DNA of 64,000 bases from Candidatus Omnitrophota bacterium (GCA_041653795.1 JBAZER010000004.1:8493-72492), one strand, 5' to 3'. Counted from the stretch's first letter, positions 41,163-50,978 are shown. The notes: generated by a model not told the origin, from the sequence alone. Translations and numbers: made by a program.

Positions 41163-43346
41163 TTACCGTCGAGGCCGGCCTCTTCCGCCGCGATCATCAC
41201 GATCGCGTCTGGGAGGCAGCGCTTCGACAACCGTTCTTTGATCTTCGGGAAGTATCGGAAGGGGTTCTGTCATCGCCTGCTTGATGCTCAAGCTCACTTT
41301 GCCCCGCTTGTCGACGCTGAGAACCTTCACTTTAATTTTATCACCTACGCGGAGATAATCCCCGGCGCTCTTTACGAATCCTTCGGTGATCTCGGAAACA
41401 TGGCAAAGCCCGTCCTTGCCCGGCAAAATTTCGCAGAACGCGCCAAACGGCATGAGCTTCTGGACTGTGCTCTCGTAGATTTTGCCGATCTCGGCATCCT
41501 CGGTCACAGCCTGAACGCGCGCGATGGCGGCTTGCGAGGATTCATTGCTCACCGCGGCGATAAAGACGTGGCCGTCATCCTCAATATCGATCTTGGCGCC
41601 GGTTTCTTCGACGATCTTCCGGATATTCTTGCCTCCGGGGCCGATCAACATACCGATCTTTTCAGGATCGATCTTGAGGGTCGTAATGCGAGGCGCGTAT
41701 TCGGAAAGTTCTTTCGGAGTTTTGATGCAAGCCGCGATCATATCCAGGATCTTGAAGCGCGCCTGTTTGGCATGATCGAACGCTTCCTTGAGCTGGGGCT
41801 CTGTAATGCCGTCGATCTTCATGTCCATTTGAAGCGCTGTAAGTCCCTCGCGAGTCCCCGCAGCCTTGAAATCCATATCACCCAAATGGTCTTCGATGCC
41901 GGCAATATCCGTCAGGACCTTCCAGCGGTTCTTGTCCGTCACAAGTCCGATCGCGATACCGGCAACCGGCGCCTTGATAGGCACCCCGGCATCCATCAAT
42001 GCGAGTGTTCCGCCGCAAACCGTGGCCATGGAACTCGAACCATTAGATTCCATGATCTCGGAAACGAGACGGATAGTATACGGAAAATCCTCCTGGGACG
42101 GGAGAATGGGTTCCAGCGCACGTGACGCGAGCGCGCCGTGGCCGATCTCACGACGCCCTGTCCCGCGATTCGGTCCGACCTCGCCGACGCTGTAATGCGG
42201 AAAATTATAATGGAGCATGAAACGCCTGGAATACTCTTTTTCCAAAGCATCGATGGTCTGTTCATCATCGCCCGTGCCGAGCGTGGTCACACTCAAGCTC
42301 TGGGTCTGGCCGCGGGTAAAAAGCGAAGACCCATGGGTTCTCGGCAGAACGCCGATCTCACAGGTAATCTGACGAATGTCACGCTCTCCGCGTCCGTCCG
42401 GACGTTTTCCGGTGGAAAGAACAAAATCACGGACCTTTTCGTGTTCGAGCCGCGCGAATGCGATCTTCACGAGGGCTTCGTCAAAACCTTCGGCCTTGGT
42501 GTCACATTCGGCGAGGGCCTTTTCATAAAGACCTTTCAGGAACGCTTCCTGCGCATCCTTGCCCGGCTGGGAAAACAATTTCTCGAATTCATTCCCGATC
42601 GCGGCTTTGATCTTCTGTTCCATACCTGCCGAAAATTCGATCGGTTTCACGGTCTTTTTGGTCTTACCGGCTTTTTTCACAAGGTCCAGCTGCAACTGCA
42701 CGGCTTTCTTGACCGCTTCATGTCCGACCTTGAGCGCCTCGAGCATTTGCTCTTCAGATATCTCTTTTGCTCCCGCTTCGATCATCACGATCTTTTCAAT
42801 CGTTCCGGCAACCACGAGGTCTAAAGCGCTTTTTTCAAGTTCCTGGTGCGTAGGGTTCACGATAAATTGCCCCTCCACGAGTCCGACACGCGCAGCCCCG
42901 AGGGCGACCGTATAAGGAATATCCGAAACCATGAGTGCCGCCGAAGCCGCGTTCATGGCGAAGATCTCGGTCATGTTCTCGCCGTCGACCGACAGCACGG
43001 TCACCGAGACCTGTACTTCGTTAAGATAATCTTCCGGGAAAAGCGGACGAATGGGCCGGTCGATCAGACGCGAAGTCAGGATCTCCTTCTCGGAAGGACG
43101 CCCCTCACGCTTGAAAAAACCGCCCGGGATCTTACCGGCAGCGTAAGTGCGTTCGCGGTAATCCACGGTAAGCGGAAAGAAATCACGGACTTCTTTCTTG
43201 TCAGCCGCGGCAACCACGGCCGCCAGGATCACGGTCCCGCCGCATTGAGCGAGCACGGCGCCATGGGCCTGTTTGGCCATGCGCCCGGTTTCCAGGGACA
43301 CTTCGCGGCCCCCGATCTGAGTAGAAACTTTTTCGATCTTTGTCAT
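41163..43346 (-). CDS. pnp: polyribonucleotide nucleotidyltransferase (PNPase)
   Basis: 727 aa; two RNase PH domains, a KH domain (GPGGKNIRKI) and an S1 domain (GAFCEILPGKDGLCHVSE). Confidence 0.95.
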   Translation of the reverse strand: MTKIEKVSTQIGGREVSLETGRMAKQAHGAVLAQCGGTVILAAVVAAADKKEVRDFFPLTVDYRERTYAAGKIPGGFFKREGRPSEKEILTSRLIDRPIRPLFPEDYLNEVQVSVTVLSVDGENMTEIFAMNAASAALMVSDIPYTVALGAARVGLVEGQFIVNPTHQELEKSALDLVVAGTIEKIVMIEAGAKEISEEQMLEALKVGHEAVKKAVQLQLDLVKKAGKTKKTVKPIEFSAGMEQKIKAAIGNEFEKLFSQPGKDAQEAFLKGLYEKALAECDTKAEGFDEALVKIAFARLEHEKVRDFVLSTGKRPDGRGERDIRQITCEIGVLPRTHGSSLFTRGQTQSLSVTTLGTGDDEQTIDALEKEYSRRFMLHYNFPHYSVGEVGPNRGTGRREIGHGALASRALEPILPSQEDFPYTIRLVSEIMESNGSSSMATVCGGTLALMDAGVPIKAPVAGIAIGLVTDKNRWKVLTDIAGIEDHLGDMDFKAAGTREGLTALQMDMKIDGITEPQLKEAFDHAKQARFKILDMIAACIKTPKELSEYAPRITTLKIDPEKIGMLIGPGGKNIRKIVEETGAKIDIEDDGHVFIAAVSNESSQAAIARVQAVTEDAEIGKIYESTVQKLMPFGAFCEILPGKDGLCHVSEITEGFVKSAGDYLRVGDKIKVKVLSVDKRGKVSLSIKQAMTEPLPILPEDQRTVVEALPPRRDRDDRGGRGRPRR

Positions 43347-43499
43347 GTGAGGTTACACCTTTCGATTGTGAGGTTGGGACTTATTCAAGATAAGGACAGG
43401 ACTAATTTTTTTCATATTTTTTATTAAGATGATCAGACCAGCCCTTGTCAACCTTTGTGGAAATTAAAACGGAGACAAGGACAGACTGAAACGAGGAAT

Positions 43500-43769
43500 T
43501 TATTTCCTCAGATCAAGGCGAGCGATGATCTGCTGGTATTTTTCAGGAGTCTCACTTTGAAGATGCTTCAGAAGCCTTTTACGGCGGCTGACCATCTTGA
43601 TAAGCCCGTAACGTGAGTGGTGATCCTTGGCATTTTTTTCAAAATGCCCGGAAAGACCGTTGATGCGCTCTGTGAGAAGAGCGATCTGCACCTCATCGGA
43701 CCCTGAATCGTTCTTACTGATCTTGTATTTTGAAATGATCTCTTTTTTCTTCGTCTTTGCCAATGCCAT
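43500..43769 (-). CDS. rpsO: 30S ribosomal protein S15
   Basis: 89 aa; GSDEVQIALLTERINGLSGHFEKNAKDHHSRYGL. Confidence 0.95.
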   Translation of the reverse strand: MALAKTKKKEIISKYKISKNDSGSDEVQIALLTERINGLSGHFEKNAKDHHSRYGLIKMVSRRKRLLKHLQSETPEKYQQIIARLDLRK

Positions 43770-43909
43770 TTTCTTTCCTAACTCCTCGTCTTTGTTGGAT
43801 TTACGTCTTTTTTTTAGTCTCTGAAAGTCTCGGGAGTATACCCTACCCCCCCTGCCTTGTCCAGATTTTATTGACTTCTCCTCATTCGCTCTCGTGAAAT
43901 TCCGAAGAT

Positions 43910-44899
43910 TTATCTTTGCTTATAATAAAGCCTTGCGGCCCGGACATCCTGTTGGATCTGGACTTTAAGGGCTTCTTCCGTGGGAAATTTCCGCTCAGGA
44001 CGAAGGAACCGGTGGAGAGCGATCTCTATTATTTTTCCGTAAACTTGCCCTTTAAAATCCAGCAGGTGGAGCTCAAGGATCGGACGTGGCGTTTCCCCTT
44101 TGGGGTAGGTCGGACGTTTCCCGAAATTTGCGACTCCGGGAAGCCACGCCGTTTTAAAAGCATGCCCCCCTGCTTTCTTGCAAAAGCAAGAAGGGGGGCA
44201 AGATAAAAACCTTGCCGAAACGACATAAACGCCAAGCGGCAACAGGATCTCAGAATGAACTTCGAGATTCGCAGTCGGGAATCCGAGATGAAGTCCGTGA
44301 CCTTTTCCATGGATCACTTTGCCGAACATGCTGAAAGGCCGGCCGAGACACGCCTGAGCTTTCTCGATCTCTCCTTTCGCAAGAAGTTCACGAATTCTGG
44401 AACTTGAAACGGGCTTTCTGTCAATCATCACGGCCTTCATCTTTCTAAAAAGAAACCCGTTCACCTTCGCCAGTTGTTCCATCAAACTTGTATCCCCTTT
44501 CCGGCCGAGGCCGAAATGGGCATCGTATCCCATGCAGATCTCGCGGATGTGAAGCTTCTTTACGAGGACCTTTTCCACAAAATCCTGCGGGGACATTTTC
44601 GAGAATGCTTGCGTAAAAGACTGCAGAAAACAAAGATCGACCCCGGCCTGCGCCAGATAAAAAAGTTTTTGTTCGATGCTCATAAGCATCATGGGTTTAC
44701 GCCCCGGATGAAGAATGCTGTGCGGATGCTGGGGAAACGTCAGGACTGCGGCAAGCGCATGTTCTTTTTTTGCCTGCCTGACTACATAACGCAGAAGTTT
44801 TTGATGGCCAAGATGAAACCCGTCGAAATTTCCAAGCGCAAGAACAATGGACCGGGACGGGCGGGTTTTATATTCTTGAAGATTCGGAATGATCTGCAT
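43910..44899 (-). CDS. ribF: bifunctional riboflavin kinase / FMN adenylyltransferase
   Basis: 329 aa; LGNFDGFHLGHQ, GFPTANL, GVYVV..PGVANFGKRPT, ELHLLDF motifs. Confidence 0.9.
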   Translation of the reverse strand: MQIIPNLQEYKTRPSRSIVLALGNFDGFHLGHQKLLRYVVRQAKKEHALAAVLTFPQHPHSILHPGRKPMMLMSIEQKLFYLAQAGVDLCFLQSFTQAFSKMSPQDFVEKVLVKKLHIREICMGYDAHFGLGRKGDTSLMEQLAKVNGFLFRKMKAVMIDRKPVSSSRIRELLAKGEIEKAQACLGRPFSMFGKVIHGKGHGLHLGFPTANLEVHSEILLPLGVYVVSARFLSCPPSCFCKKAGGHAFKTAWLPGVANFGKRPTYPKGETPRPILELHLLDFKGQVYGKIIEIALHRFLRPERKFPTEEALKVQIQQDVRAARLYYKQR

Positions 44900-45608
44900 G
44901 GAGTGATGTGGCGCTTAAGGGGATTACTTTTTCGCGAAGCTGGGCCGGGGTGAAGTTTTTCAGGCCCTCGATCGTGACACTCTGTTCCAGCTTGAATGAA
45001 CCGCTCCGGAGACGGCGCAAGCGGGCCAAAGTCGCGTAACAGCCCAGAGCTTCGCCAAGATCGTTGACCAGGGTGCGGACATAAGTGCCTTTGGAAACAT
45101 ACGCCAAAAATTCTACGAATTTTCCTTCCTTTTTCTCAAAACGGAATTCATGCACCGTGACCGGCCGGCCGTCGCGCAGCACGGTTTTGCCCTGACGCGC
45201 GAGCTTGTAAAGACGCGTTCCTTCGTGTTTGAGAGCCGAGACCATGGGCGGCACCTGGATGATGTCGCCGGTGAACTGTTGAGCGGCCTTGGCGCGGATC
45301 GCCTCCAGTGTGACATGCTCCCAAGGCGCCTCTGCGGTTATCTTTCCGTGACGATCATGAGAATCGGTCTGAACACCCAGTTCCAACGCTCCAAAATACT
45401 CCTTATCACAAGCGCTGAGCTGCATGGAGCTTTTGGTCGACTTGCCGAGGAGAAGCACCAGGAGCCCCGTGGCAAGAGGGTCGAGGGTCCCTGCATGCCC
45501 GACTTTTTTGATCCCGAAACGCCGGCGCACAAATGCGCACACGTCATGCGAAGTCCAGTTCTCGGGTTTGTCGACCAGCAGAACGCCGTCGATGAAATTC
45601 ACATCCAT
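44868..45608 (-). CDS. truB: tRNA pseudouridine(55) synthase TruB
   Basis: ORF 44868..45629. GVLLVDKPENWTSHDV and GHAGTLDPLATGLL (catalytic Asp). Start at MDVNF (45608) or 45629. Confidence 0.9.
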   Translation of the reverse strand: MDVNFIDGVLLVDKPENWTSHDVCAFVRRRFGIKKVGHAGTLDPLATGLLVLLLGKSTKSSMQLSACDKEYFGALELGVQTDSHDRHGKITAEAPWEHVTLEAIRAKAAQQFTGDIIQVPPMVSALKHEGTRLYKLARQGKTVLRDGRPVTVHEFRFEKKEGKFVEFLAYVSKGTYVRTLVNDLGEALGCYATLARLRRLRSGSFKLEQSVTIEGLKNFTPAQLREKVIPLSATSLHADHSESSRI

Positions 45609-46132
45609 CACACAGCCTTGTCCTGGCATCTATCCTGACTTTCATTTTCTTTTCCATTACGGCAGTCAGGATTGCCCCGATTTCCACTGCGTGGAAATCG
45701 AATAGTATTGGGACTATTTTTTTTTGATAGAAGGTCGCCAGGGCTAGTCCCATCAACCTTTAAATCTTCGGATGGAGGATGGGGCTTGTCCTTTTCTTCG
45801 ATCTTGCGAATAACCTGCCCTATTTCAAAATCTCTGTCGAGCGAATCGTCCAGTTCAAATTGAAGCTTCGGCGTGTAGCGCATTTTGATTGCCACACCGA
45901 CCTCATGTTGAAGGAACCCGGCCGCACGATCGAGGACCTTAAGTGTTTCTTCTTTTTTCTTTTTATCCCCCATGACGCTTATAAACACCACGGCGGACTT
46001 GAGATCCGGCGTGATCTTCGTGTGAGTGACGGTTACAAAACCCAGGCGCGGGTCCTTGATCCGTTCCAGGATAAGATTGCTAAGCTCCATTTGGAGGAGC
46101 GATGCCACACGTTCGGTTCGTTTTCCTTGCAT
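45608..46132 (-). CDS. rbfA: ribosome-binding factor A with a repeat-encoded C-terminal extension
   Basis: 174 aa. RVASLLQMELSNLI..DPRLGFVTVTHTKITPDLKSAVVF core ends near aa 115. The last ~35 aa (PNTIRFPRSGNRGNPDCRNGKENESQD..) are read from the family B repeat at 45632-45714. Confidence 0.8.
   Translation of the reverse strand: MQGKRTERVASLLQMELSNLILERIKDPRLGFVTVTHTKITPDLKSAVVFISVMGDKKKKEETLKVLDRAAGFLQHEVGVAIKMRYTPKLQFELDDSLDRDFEIGQVIRKIEEKDKPHPPSEDLKVDGTSPGDLLSKKNSPNTIRFPRSGNRGNPDCRNGKENESQDRCQDKAV
45632..45714 (-). repeat. family B composite repeat overlapping the rbfA 3' end
   Basis: ATCCTGACTTTCATTTTCTTTTCCATTACGGCAGTCAGGAT + TGCCCCGATTTCCACTGCGTGGAAATCGAATAGTATTGGGAC. Confidence 0.7.
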
Positions 46133-46348
46133 AATTCACCCCGTTAGAGATAGGAAGAGCTTTCAGCACTTCCGTCTGTTTTTATAAGAACATTCAAAAT
46201 CTTCACTGTCTTTCTTGCAGTCCCGCACGACAAGACATCTTCAAACCCATCTCTAACGGGTCGGGACCCTTTAATTAAAAAGGCGTTACTGAAAGCGCCA
46301 GAACCGGGGCCCGGCTTCCTCCATCAGTAACGCCTTCGTGATCGATGA

Positions 46349-48571
46349 TTATAATTTTGCGGCAAACTTATCAATGCGGTAGGATTCCAGCATATCCCCT
46401 TCGCGAAGATCGTTGAAACCTTCCAAAGCGACCCCACACTCATAACCCTCCGCGACTTCTTTGACGTCATCTTTGAAACGCTTGAGAGACGACAACCGTC
46501 CGTCAAAAATTACGACGTTGTCGCGTACAAGCCTCACGTGATGCTGTCGTGCGATGCGGCCTTTCATCACAATCGCACCGCCGATATTCCCGACCCTGGA
46601 GGACTTGAAGATCTGACGAACCTTGGTTTTGCCTTCAACCACTTCCTTGAGCTCCGGTTCCAGGATGCCTTCCATGGCCTTCCGGATCTTTTCGACCGCG
46701 TCATAAATGATGCTGTAAAAATGAATGTCCACGCCTTCCTTCTCGGCCAAGACCTGTGCCTTCGGATCGGCTTTCACGTGGAAACCGATGATGATCGCAT
46801 CGGAGGCCGCGGCAAGCATCACGTCCGATTCGTTGATTCCTCCGACAATGCCATGGATCACGTGGAGTCGGCATTTTTCAGAACTGATCTTATCGAGTGA
46901 CTGGGTGAGCGCCTCGATGGAACCTTGCATGTCCGCCTTAAGGATGATCTTAAGCTCCTTGAAATTCCCTTCCGAAAGTTTGGAGTAGAGGCTTTCAAGC
47001 GACATGTGTTTCGGGGTCCCGCGCATCTGCCGCTCGCGAACCTCGAGGATCTTCTGTTCGGTGATCGTTTTGGCGATCTTCTCATCCGCTACCGCATAAA
47101 CCGTTTCCCCGGCTTCGGGTACACCGTTCAAGCCGCTCAACTCCACCGCATAGGCGGGCCCGGCCTCGCGTACTGTTTTAGCCCGGTCATTTTTCATTGC
47201 GCGAACGCGACCCGTATATTGCCCGGCTACCACGATATCGCCAAGCCTCAGGGTCCCTTTTTTTACGATCACACTCGCCACGGGCCCGCTTCCCTTGGAG
47301 ATATGGCTTTCGATCACGACGCCCACGGCCAGACGGTCGGGGTTCGCTTTCAGCTCCAGGACCTCGGCCTCCAGAAGCAACATATCAAGGAGATCTTCGA
47401 CACCTTTGCCGGTCTTTGCAGAAACTTTCACAACAATTGTTTTGCCGCCCCATTCTTCGGGCACGAGCCCGATCTTCTGGAGCTCACCCATCACCTTTGC
47501 GGGATTGGCGACCGGAAGATCGATCTTGTTCATAGCCACAACGATCGGACAGCCTGCCTCACGTGCGTGGTCAATAGCTTCAATGGTTTGCGGCATCACA
47601 CCGTCATCAGCAGCCACCACGAGCACGACCACATCAGTCACGTTCGCACCCCGGGCACGCATGGCCGTGAACGCTTCATGGCCCGGCGTATCCAAAAATG
47701 TCACGTGTCCTTTGCCGGGGATGTCAACACCGTAAGCACCGATATGCTGGGTGATAAAACCTTTTTCCTTGGCCGCCACGTTCGTACTGCGAATCGCGTC
47801 CAAGAGCGACGTCTTGCCATGGTCAACATGACCCATCATGGTCACAACAGGAGGACGCGGCTTCAGTTTCGCGGGATCTTCTTCGACTCCGCTTTCGATG
47901 ATCTCCTTGGCCTCATCCGCCTTCTTATTGATCTCGATCCCGAGGGCTTCCCCGGCCGCATAAACGATCTCTTCATTCAAAAGCTGGTTCACGTTCGCAA
48001 AAATACCGATCCCCATGAGAGCCTTGATGACTTCCGGGATCCTCCGGTTCATTTTTTGCGCCAAATCCCCGACTGTGATCGGAAAACGGATCTCAACCAC
48101 CGGTTTCACGGGAGGGGGTGGCGGAACGACATCCTTGGGCGCCTGCACTACCGGAACTTCTGCCTTTATTTTAGATATTTCCACAACAGGCACTGCCTTA
48201 GACTTCGAAACTTCCGGGACTTTGCCCTCAGCGGGTTTTGGCTCCGGCTTTTTTTCAACGACAGGAGCGATCGGAGATTCCTCTTTCTTAACGGATGCGG
48301 CAGTGACAACTTTTTGAGTGACCGCTACTACTGGTTCCAAAGCCGGCGCTTTCACTTCCGGGACATGTTTTACTTCCGCGACGGATTGTTTAGCATGAGC
48401 TTTGCCTCCCGCGGAGGATTTTGTTTTAGTCGAAGCTTTAACGGCAGATTTTTTTTCTTTAACTGATTTCGTTTCGGCAGTTTTTGTGACGGCTTTTTTT
48501 TCGGCGGGAGCCTTTGGGGCTTTTTTGATTATTTCTTTTTTTTCTTTGGGTTTCTCTTTCTTTTCAGCCAT
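46349..48571 (-). CDS. infB: translation initiation factor IF-2
   Basis: ORF 46349..48679; ATG at 48571 (MAEKKEK) lies directly after the nusA stop. GTPase motifs GHVDHGKTSLLD, DTPGH, NKID. Confidence 0.95.
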   Translation of the reverse strand: MAEKKEKPKEKKEIIKKAPKAPAEKKAVTKTAETKSVKEKKSAVKASTKTKSSAGGKAHAKQSVAEVKHVPEVKAPALEPVVAVTQKVVTAASVKKEESPIAPVVEKKPEPKPAEGKVPEVSKSKAVPVVEISKIKAEVPVVQAPKDVVPPPPPVKPVVEIRFPITVGDLAQKMNRRIPEVIKALMGIGIFANVNQLLNEEIVYAAGEALGIEINKKADEAKEIIESGVEEDPAKLKPRPPVVTMMGHVDHGKTSLLDAIRSTNVAAKEKGFITQHIGAYGVDIPGKGHVTFLDTPGHEAFTAMRARGANVTDVVVLVVAADDGVMPQTIEAIDHAREAGCPIVVAMNKIDLPVANPAKVMGELQKIGLVPEEWGGKTIVVKVSAKTGKGVEDLLDMLLLEAEVLELKANPDRLAVGVVIESHISKGSGPVASVIVKKGTLRLGDIVVAGQYTGRVRAMKNDRAKTVREAGPAYAVELSGLNGVPEAGETVYAVADEKIAKTITEQKILEVRERQMRGTPKHMSLESLYSKLSEGNFKELKIILKADMQGSIEALTQSLDKISSEKCRLHVIHGIVGGINESDVMLAAASDAIIIGFHVKADPKAQVLAEKEGVDIHFYSIIYDAVEKIRKAMEGILEPELKEVVEGKTKVRQIFKSSRVGNIGGAIVMKGRIARQHHVRLVRDNVVIFDGRLSSLKRFKDDVKEVAEGYECGVALEGFNDLREGDMLESYRIDKFAAKL

Positions 48572-48572
48572 A

Positions 48573-49817
48573 TCACGTACCCGCCCCTTCCCGCTCCTCT
48601 TTAGCATCAGGAGCCGTCCCTTCCGTTTCTTCCTCCGCGGCTTTCGCCTCCGGCGTCTTCTCAGGAACCGTTTTTTCAATGGCTTTACTTACTGCGCTTT
48701 TTTTTGTCGCAGCTTCTTTGGCCGACGCGAGGATCTTTTCGGCTGTTTTGAGACCAATACCCGGGATATCGGAAAGCTCTTCAACCGTTTTTTTAAGAAG
48801 CTCCCTGAGCCCCTGAATCCCCGCCTCTTTGAGAATCTCTTCCGTTTTTTCTCCAACGCCGTCCAGCGAACTGAGGGGGATCTTTTGCGTAGCGCTGCGC
48901 ACGTCGAGTTCCCAACCGATCAATTTTGACGCAAGACGCACGTTCTGTCCTTTTTTCCCGATCGCAAGCGACAATTGATCGTCTTCAACCAGGATCTCGG
49001 CGCTTTGCCGCTCCGGATTGAGCGTGATCTTTTTAAGCTCGGCCGGCGCCATAGCATTCCTGATGTAGGTCTCGACGTCGTCACTGTAACGGATGATATC
49101 GATTTTTTCACCTCCGAGCTCGCGTACAATGCTTTTGACGCGTTGCCCGCGGACACCCACACAGGAGCCAACACAGTCGATCTTCTCGTCGGATGAAGTC
49201 ACGGCAATCTTGGTGCGAGACCCCGCCTCACGCGCCACGGCCTTAACTTTCACAAGCCCGTCGTGGATCTCCGGCACTTCCATTTTAAAGAATTGTGTCA
49301 CAAGATCCGGATGTGTTCTCGATAAAATGACTTCCGGTCCTTTGGACGTTTTTTTGACTTCCATCACGTACGCGCGGACCACATTCCCCTGGCGGAAACT
49401 GTCGAGCGGTGACTGTTCGCGCGCGGGCAAAATGCCTTCCGTTTTCCCAAAATCCACGATGATGGCCTTGGACTCGATGCGGTGAACACTGCCGGAAACG
49501 ATATCGCCCTGTTTATGGCTGTATTCCGTAAAAATGGATTCGCGCTCGGCTTCGCGGATCTTCTGAATGATGACCTGTTTGGCGGTTTGCGCAGCAATAC
49601 GGCCGAAACGGGGATCGTTGATCTCTTTGCCGTTCAGGAACATGGTAATGCGGAAAGTTTTGGGATCAATCTGGACGTCAAAGGCCTCTCCTTTTTCAGG
49701 CGAGCCTTTGCGGCATGCGGAGATCAGGGCGTGACGAAGTGCGTCCAAAAGGACCTCTTTGGTGATCCCTTTCTCCTTTTCGATATATTCCAGCGAAGCC
49801 AGCAAATCCTGTGACAT
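48573..49817 (-). CDS. nusA: transcription termination/antitermination factor NusA
   Basis: 414 aa; S1 domain, two KH domains (GVRGQRVKSI, GKKGQNVRLAS), C-terminal HhH region. Confidence 0.95.
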   Translation of the reverse strand: MSQDLLASLEYIEKEKGITKEVLLDALRHALISACRKGSPEKGEAFDVQIDPKTFRITMFLNGKEINDPRFGRIAAQTAKQVIIQKIREAERESIFTEYSHKQGDIVSGSVHRIESKAIIVDFGKTEGILPAREQSPLDSFRQGNVVRAYVMEVKKTSKGPEVILSRTHPDLVTQFFKMEVPEIHDGLVKVKAVAREAGSRTKIAVTSSDEKIDCVGSCVGVRGQRVKSIVRELGGEKIDIIRYSDDVETYIRNAMAPAELKKITLNPERQSAEILVEDDQLSLAIGKKGQNVRLASKLIGWELDVRSATQKIPLSSLDGVGEKTEEILKEAGIQGLRELLKKTVEELSDIPGIGLKTAEKILASAKEAATKKSAVSKAIEKTVPEKTPEAKAAEEETEGTAPDAKEEREGAGT

Positions 49818-49844
49818 TTTGTCCCTAATCCCCTTAGTGTTCTG

Positions 49845-49880
49845 AGAAAAAAAAGAAGTGGGTTTGTGCGCCCACTTCTC
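49845..49880 (-). terminator. intrinsic terminator in the nusA leader (attenuator candidate)
   Basis: Minus strand: AGAAGTGGG-cgcacaaa-CCCACTTCT followed by TTTTTTTT; ends 28 nt before the nusA ATG. Confidence 0.6.
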
Positions 49881-49903
49881 CGCATTCCCAAAATTGATGG
49901 ATG

Positions 49904-49931
49904 TATTATATGAAGAATCCCGTGAAAGTCA
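49904..49931 (-). promoter_or_regulatory. near-consensus sigma70 promoter for the nusA operon
   Basis: Minus strand: TTGACT (49931-49926), 16-nt spacer, TATAAT (49909-49904). Confidence 0.5.
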
Positions 49932-50063
49932 ACGAGAGTATCTTGGACATGCTGTAACGTATCTTGCTATAATCGCCCGTGGTTCTCATTACAAGAAATC
50001 ATAGGTGATCATGACAGTCTCTTTTGACCCTCAGAAAAATGAAAAATCAAGACAAGAGCCGCC

Positions 50064-50978
50064 ATGGCCTTGATCAGCGTTATCATCCCCACTTACAACC
50101 GTAAAACGGTCCTGCCGCGCGCAATCGACTCCGTTCTTGCACAAAAAGGCGCGGAATTCGAACTTATCATTATTGACGACGGCTCTACGGATGACACGAA
50201 ATGTGTCATCCGAGGGGCTTGTCCCTCGGGATTCGTCCCTCGTTCTGCTTTCTCGTCTTTACGAGTCCCGAGTCCCGAGTCCCGCTATTTTTACCAAAAA
50301 AACAAAGGTCCCGCCGCCGCTCGAAACCTCGGTATCAAAGAAGCGAAGGGTGAGTGGATCGCATTTCTGGATTCGGATGATGAGTGGAAACCGGGCAAAC
50401 TTAAGGCCCAATTGGAATTTTTCCGGGAGAATCCCGCTCATTTGATTTGCCAGACTGAGGAGATCTGGATTAGAAACAGCAAGCGCGTCAACCCGATGAA
50501 AAAACATCAAAAATTTGGCGGTTACATTTTCGAAAAATGCCTGCCACTTTGCATTGTGAGTCCGTCAGCCGTCATGATGCACAGGAAGCTCTTCGATGAA
50601 ATCGGGCTTTTCGACGAATCGCTCCCGGCTTGCGAGGATTATGACCTGTGGCTCAGGATCGCCTCAAAACATCCGATCGGTCTGATTGAAAAACCCTACA
50701 TCATCAAATACGGCGGCCACCCCGACCAGCGCTCCCGCGAATTTCCGGCCATGGACCGTTTCCGCATCCGGTCCCTCGCCAAGATCCTTTTGCAAGGCAC
50801 TCTCATGCCCGAGCAAGCCGCTGCCGCGCGAAAAACACTGGAAGAAAAAGCGAAGATCTATATCGAAGGGGCGTTGAAACGAGGGAAAGAGAAAGAGGCT
50901 AAAGAAATTCAAAAACTTGTTCCTCGGGACTCGTCACTCGGGACTTGTTTTGGTTCCTCGTTTTTTACGAGTCCCTAG
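50064..50978 (+). CDS. family 2 glycosyltransferase with in-frame family E repeats
   Basis: 304 aa; ISVIIPTYNR, IIIDDGSTDDT, FLDSDDEW (DxD). Repeat-encoded segments are GACPSGFVPRSAFSSLRVPSPES and the C-terminal LVPRDSSLGTCFGSSFFTSP. Confidence 0.8.
   Translation: MALISVIIPTYNRKTVLPRAIDSVLAQKGAEFELIIIDDGSTDDTKCVIRGACPSGFVPRSAFSSLRVPSPESRYFYQKNKGPAAARNLGIKEAKGEWIAFLDSDDEWKPGKLKAQLEFFRENPAHLICQTEEIWIRNSKRVNPMKKHQKFGGYIFEKCLPLCIVSPSAVMMHRKLFDEIGLFDESLPACEDYDLWLRIASKHPIGLIEKPYIIKYGGHPDQRSREFPAMDRFRIRSLAKILLQGTLMPEQAAAARKTLEEKAKIYIEGALKRGKEKEAKEIQKLVPRDSSLGTCFGSSFFTSP
50215..50284. repeat. family E palindromic repeat inside the GT2 CDS
   Basis: GGGCTTGTCCCTCGGGATTCGTCCCTCG...CGAGTCCCGAGTCCCGAGTCCCG. 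Confidence 0.7.
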
